18,553 bases of DNA from a bacterium. Lineage in GTDB: Bacteria > RBG-13-61-14 > DATKZS01. Below are positions 16,530 to 18,553 of this stretch, one piece after another. The notes under the pieces are model-generated. The model was not told the DNA's origin. It saw nothing but the letters and a program-made list of their open reading frames with translations, and searched no databases. Numbering within the stretch: position 1 is the stretch's first letter; the number at the start of each line of letters is the position of its first letter. Location: the NCBI GenBank assembly GCA_046484135.1, contig JAWOBU010000044.1:1-18553 (forward strand), written 5' to 3'. The position numbers and the translations under genes are program-made.

Positions 16530-16633
16530 TGCCGGCCTGGAGGATAGGGCAACGCAGGCGTGCGACCCGAGCGCCAGGCTGGTGGCTATACAGCGGGGAG
16601 GGCCGGACACGTTCCGGCCTTCTCCCTTTCCCC
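16530..16633 (+). ncRNA. Candidate ~100-nt small RNA carried by the MITE
   Basis: Hairpin 1: TGCCGGCCTGG 16530-16540 / CCAGGCTGGTG 16574-16584 enclosing GGG..CGCA-GGCG-TGCG.CCC. Hairpin 2: 13-bp stem 16595-16607 / 16613-16625 followed by CTTTCCCC. Confidence 0.5.
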
Positions 16634-16823
16634 GCTGGAAGCCCGAAGGCGATAAACGCATCTTCGCGGCCTCCGCTAACCATATGATGAACAAAGGTTT
16701 TTCTTGCATCAAAGAGCCTATTTGCATCGTAGGTACCATTAAACCGGAAGAGCCATAAAAAGTTGCAGCTTTTCGCGGCTTTCGCCGCTCGCACAATAAA
16801 ATCTCATGGAAAAGGAATAAGTC

Positions 16824-17273
16824 ATGGCAAAGAAAACAGGAGACGATATCGCTATAGCGAGCGATCACGCGGCTTTCGATCTCAAGCAGCACCTTTTGAA
16901 GTACCTTTTAAAGAAGGGGTACGCGGTGATTGACATGGGCACTCGCAACCGGAAGAGCGTTGATTACCCGGCCTACGCGCACAAGCTTGCGAGGTCGGTG
17001 TCGAGCGGCGAGGTCTCGTCCGGCATTCTTTTATGCGGGACCGGGATCGGGACCAGCATTGCCGCCAACCGGCACGCCGGGGTGCGGGCGGCCCTGGTCC
17101 ACGATATCTTTACGGCGCGTATGGCCAAGGCGCACAATAATGCTAACATCCTGGTACTGGGCGGTCGGATACTGGCGCCCCATTATGCGGAGATACTGGT
17201 GGACACCTGGCTCGAGACCGAGTACGAGGGCGGGCGGCACCAACGGCGGCTGGACATGATTGACGAGGAATAA
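16824..17273 (+). CDS. rpiB: Ribose-5-phosphate isomerase B
   Basis: IAIASDHAA, VDYP, GILLCGTGIG.SIAAN...GVRAAL, HNNANIL.LGGR, YEGGRHQRR; AAGGA RBS. Confidence 0.96.
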   Translation: MAKKTGDDIAIASDHAAFDLKQHLLKYLLKKGYAVIDMGTRNRKSVDYPAYAHKLARSVSSGEVSSGILLCGTGIGTSIAANRHAGVRAALVHDIFTARMAKAHNNANILVLGGRILAPHYAEILVDTWLETEYEGGRHQRRLDMIDEE

Positions 17274-17277
17274 ACAA

Positions 17278-18297
17278 ATGGAGATACGTTTCGGGAAAAA
17301 ACTTTTGGAAAGCTTGAGCGGCCGGGACATTTCCGGCCCGCTTGCTTTATTGGAGGACCCCAAATACGCGGACGCGGTGTTGGAGAAGCTCCCTGCCAAG
17401 CCCGCGCTGGTACGGGAGCCGGGCGGTCTTTCCTCGGAGAGCCTGGATGAGGTATGCGCCGGGCTGGAGCCGGGCACGGTTTTAGCCGCAGGCGGCGGCG
17501 ACATCGGGTATGCGGGCAGATACGCGGCCTGGAAGACCGGCTCCAAGCTTATAACCCTGCCATTCGAGATTTCCGGCGAGTCCCTGGTCCGGCGGGACGT
17601 AATCACCATTGAAGAAGGGCTGTTCAAAAGGCATGGCCATCATGACGACGAGCTTTTGCTGGTGGACAGCGAATGCATCTGGAAGGGAGACGAAAGGATA
17701 AGCCGTGCCGGCGCTGGAGACATCCTGGGAATGCTGATTGCGGTGGAGGACTGGCGGAGCGCGGAAGGCGGCAGCGGGTTCAGCGAGGACGTGGTTAATC
17801 AGGCGGTCGAGATAGTAGACGAGCTCATGGACCGGGCGGACGAGCTGTTCGACTTGACGGAAGGCGGCATCCGGCGGCTGGTGGAGCTTCTGCACGCGAG
17901 AGAGAAGCTGGCGGAGTCCGCGGGCCACCGCCGCATGATTGAAGGGTCCGAGCGCATCTTCGAGGAATGCGCCCGGAACGTGCTGGGCAAACCCCTTTCC
18001 CACGGTCCGCTCCGCTGTTTAGGCGTCATAAGCATGGCAGTACTGCACGGCCTGTCAACCAGGCCCTTCAAACAGTTCCTCCACTGGATCCAGGTTCCCT
18101 GGAAGCCGGAAGACCAGGGCATTTCCGACACCGAGCTGTGGAAGATACTTTCGTCTCTTCCCGCCTTTGTCAAAAAGTACGAGTACCCGGACACTATTAT
18201 TCATCACGTGGAAATGGGCGAGGAAAGGATAAACCGGGTCATGACCGGCATCCGCGAGCCGTTTTTGAAAAGCTCGCTCCAGACCCGAAACGATTGA
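17278..18297 (+). CDS. Divergent glycerol-1-phosphate dehydrogenase / DHQS-like (Fe-ADH superfamily) protein
   Basis: AAGGG, Y.AW, RAGAGDIL....A..DW, R..EGSE, HG...LG motifs. ATG at 17278 with GAGGA RBS directly after rpiB. Confidence 0.7.
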   Translation: MEIRFGKKLLESLSGRDISGPLALLEDPKYADAVLEKLPAKPALVREPGGLSSESLDEVCAGLEPGTVLAAGGGDIGYAGRYAAWKTGSKLITLPFEISGESLVRRDVITIEEGLFKRHGHHDDELLLVDSECIWKGDERISRAGAGDILGMLIAVEDWRSAEGGSGFSEDVVNQAVEIVDELMDRADELFDLTEGGIRRLVELLHAREKLAESAGHRRMIEGSERIFEECARNVLGKPLSHGPLRCLGVISMAVLHGLSTRPFKQFLHWIQVPWKPEDQGISDTELWKILSSLPAFVKKYEYPDTIIHHVEMGEERINRVMTGIREPFLKSSLQTRND

Positions 18298-18326
18298 TCG
18301 AGATTATTGCGGAAACGGAGCAGGAG

Positions 18327-18553
18327 ATGTTCAGCCGGGACAAGCTCATAAGCGAGCTCAAGAGGATTGACGGCAAGGGCTACAAAGCCTACAAGGACAT
18401 CAAGGGCAGTTACCGCCTGGACGACTTTGTTCTTCACGTGGACCATGTGCAGGGAGACCCGTTTGCGTCGCCCTCCCGCATGTGCGTGGAGATTGACCGG
18501 AGCGCCGCGGAGCTGGGTGCGGAGCTCGACTCCACTGCGCCGGGCCGGCTGGC
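18327..18553 (+). CDS. ABC-ATPase domain-containing protein (COG3044 type), 5' part truncated by the window end
   Basis: MFSRDKLISELKRIDGKGYKAYKDIKGSYRLDDFVLHVDHVQGDPFASPSR matches the characteristic N-terminus of this family; GGAG RBS; absent from the ORF track because there is no stop. Confidence 0.88.
   Translation, partial: MFSRDKLISELKRIDGKGYKAYKDIKGSYRLDDFVLHVDHVQGDPFASPSRMCVEIDRSAAELGAELDSTAPGRL

Larger units (their letters stand above)
16426..16754. mobile_element. 329-bp non-autonomous element (MITE) with ISL3-like ends
   Basis: TIRs GGTTCATCCGGTTTATTGGCACCT (16426-16449) and, as reverse complement of 16731-16754, GGCTCTTCCGGTTTAATGGTACCT match at 20/24. A perfect 8-bp direct repeat ATAAAAAG flanks the element at 16418-16425 and 16755-16762. 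Confidence 0.88.

Noticed and set aside
16438..16892. Short ORFs of 75-124 aa between the hypothetical gene and rpiB
   Set aside because: They run through the MITE and its hairpins, lack good RBSs and show no recognisable motifs.
1..18553. CRISPR array, tRNA or rRNA genes
   Set aside because: No regularly spaced direct repeats, tRNA T-loop cloverleaf signatures or rRNA-like sequence were seen by eye.

Overview
GC-rich bacterial window; gene content suggests a Deltaproteobacteria-like organism (inference). Backbone genes: DUF1287/YijF-like secreted protein, extended SDR epimerase, Roadblock/LC7 protein overlapping smc, M48 metallopeptidase with a small secreted partner, a GlpC/HdrD-like Fe-S protein, ccdA, a Cyc2-like monoheme cytochrome-porin, a pentaheme cytochrome c, a C45-peptidase-like protein, a TPR lipoprotein, a hypothetical protein, rpiB, a divergent G1P-dehydrogenase-like protein and the start of a COG3044-type ATPase. 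The non-coding DNA holds most of the unexplained signal. (i) A 329-bp MITE (24-bp terminal inverted repeats, perfect 8-bp target duplication, ISL3-like ends) carries an inverted-repeat-bracketed promoter plus two-hairpin small-RNA cassette. (ii) A similarly built cassette, a three-way-junction RNA with complementary loops, lies upstream of a decayed DUF1670-like gene. (iii) An IS4 3' remnant abuts the cytochrome-porin module. Three enzyme homologs appear to have lost catalytic or metal-ligand residues. All family calls come from motif recognition by eye, not database searches.
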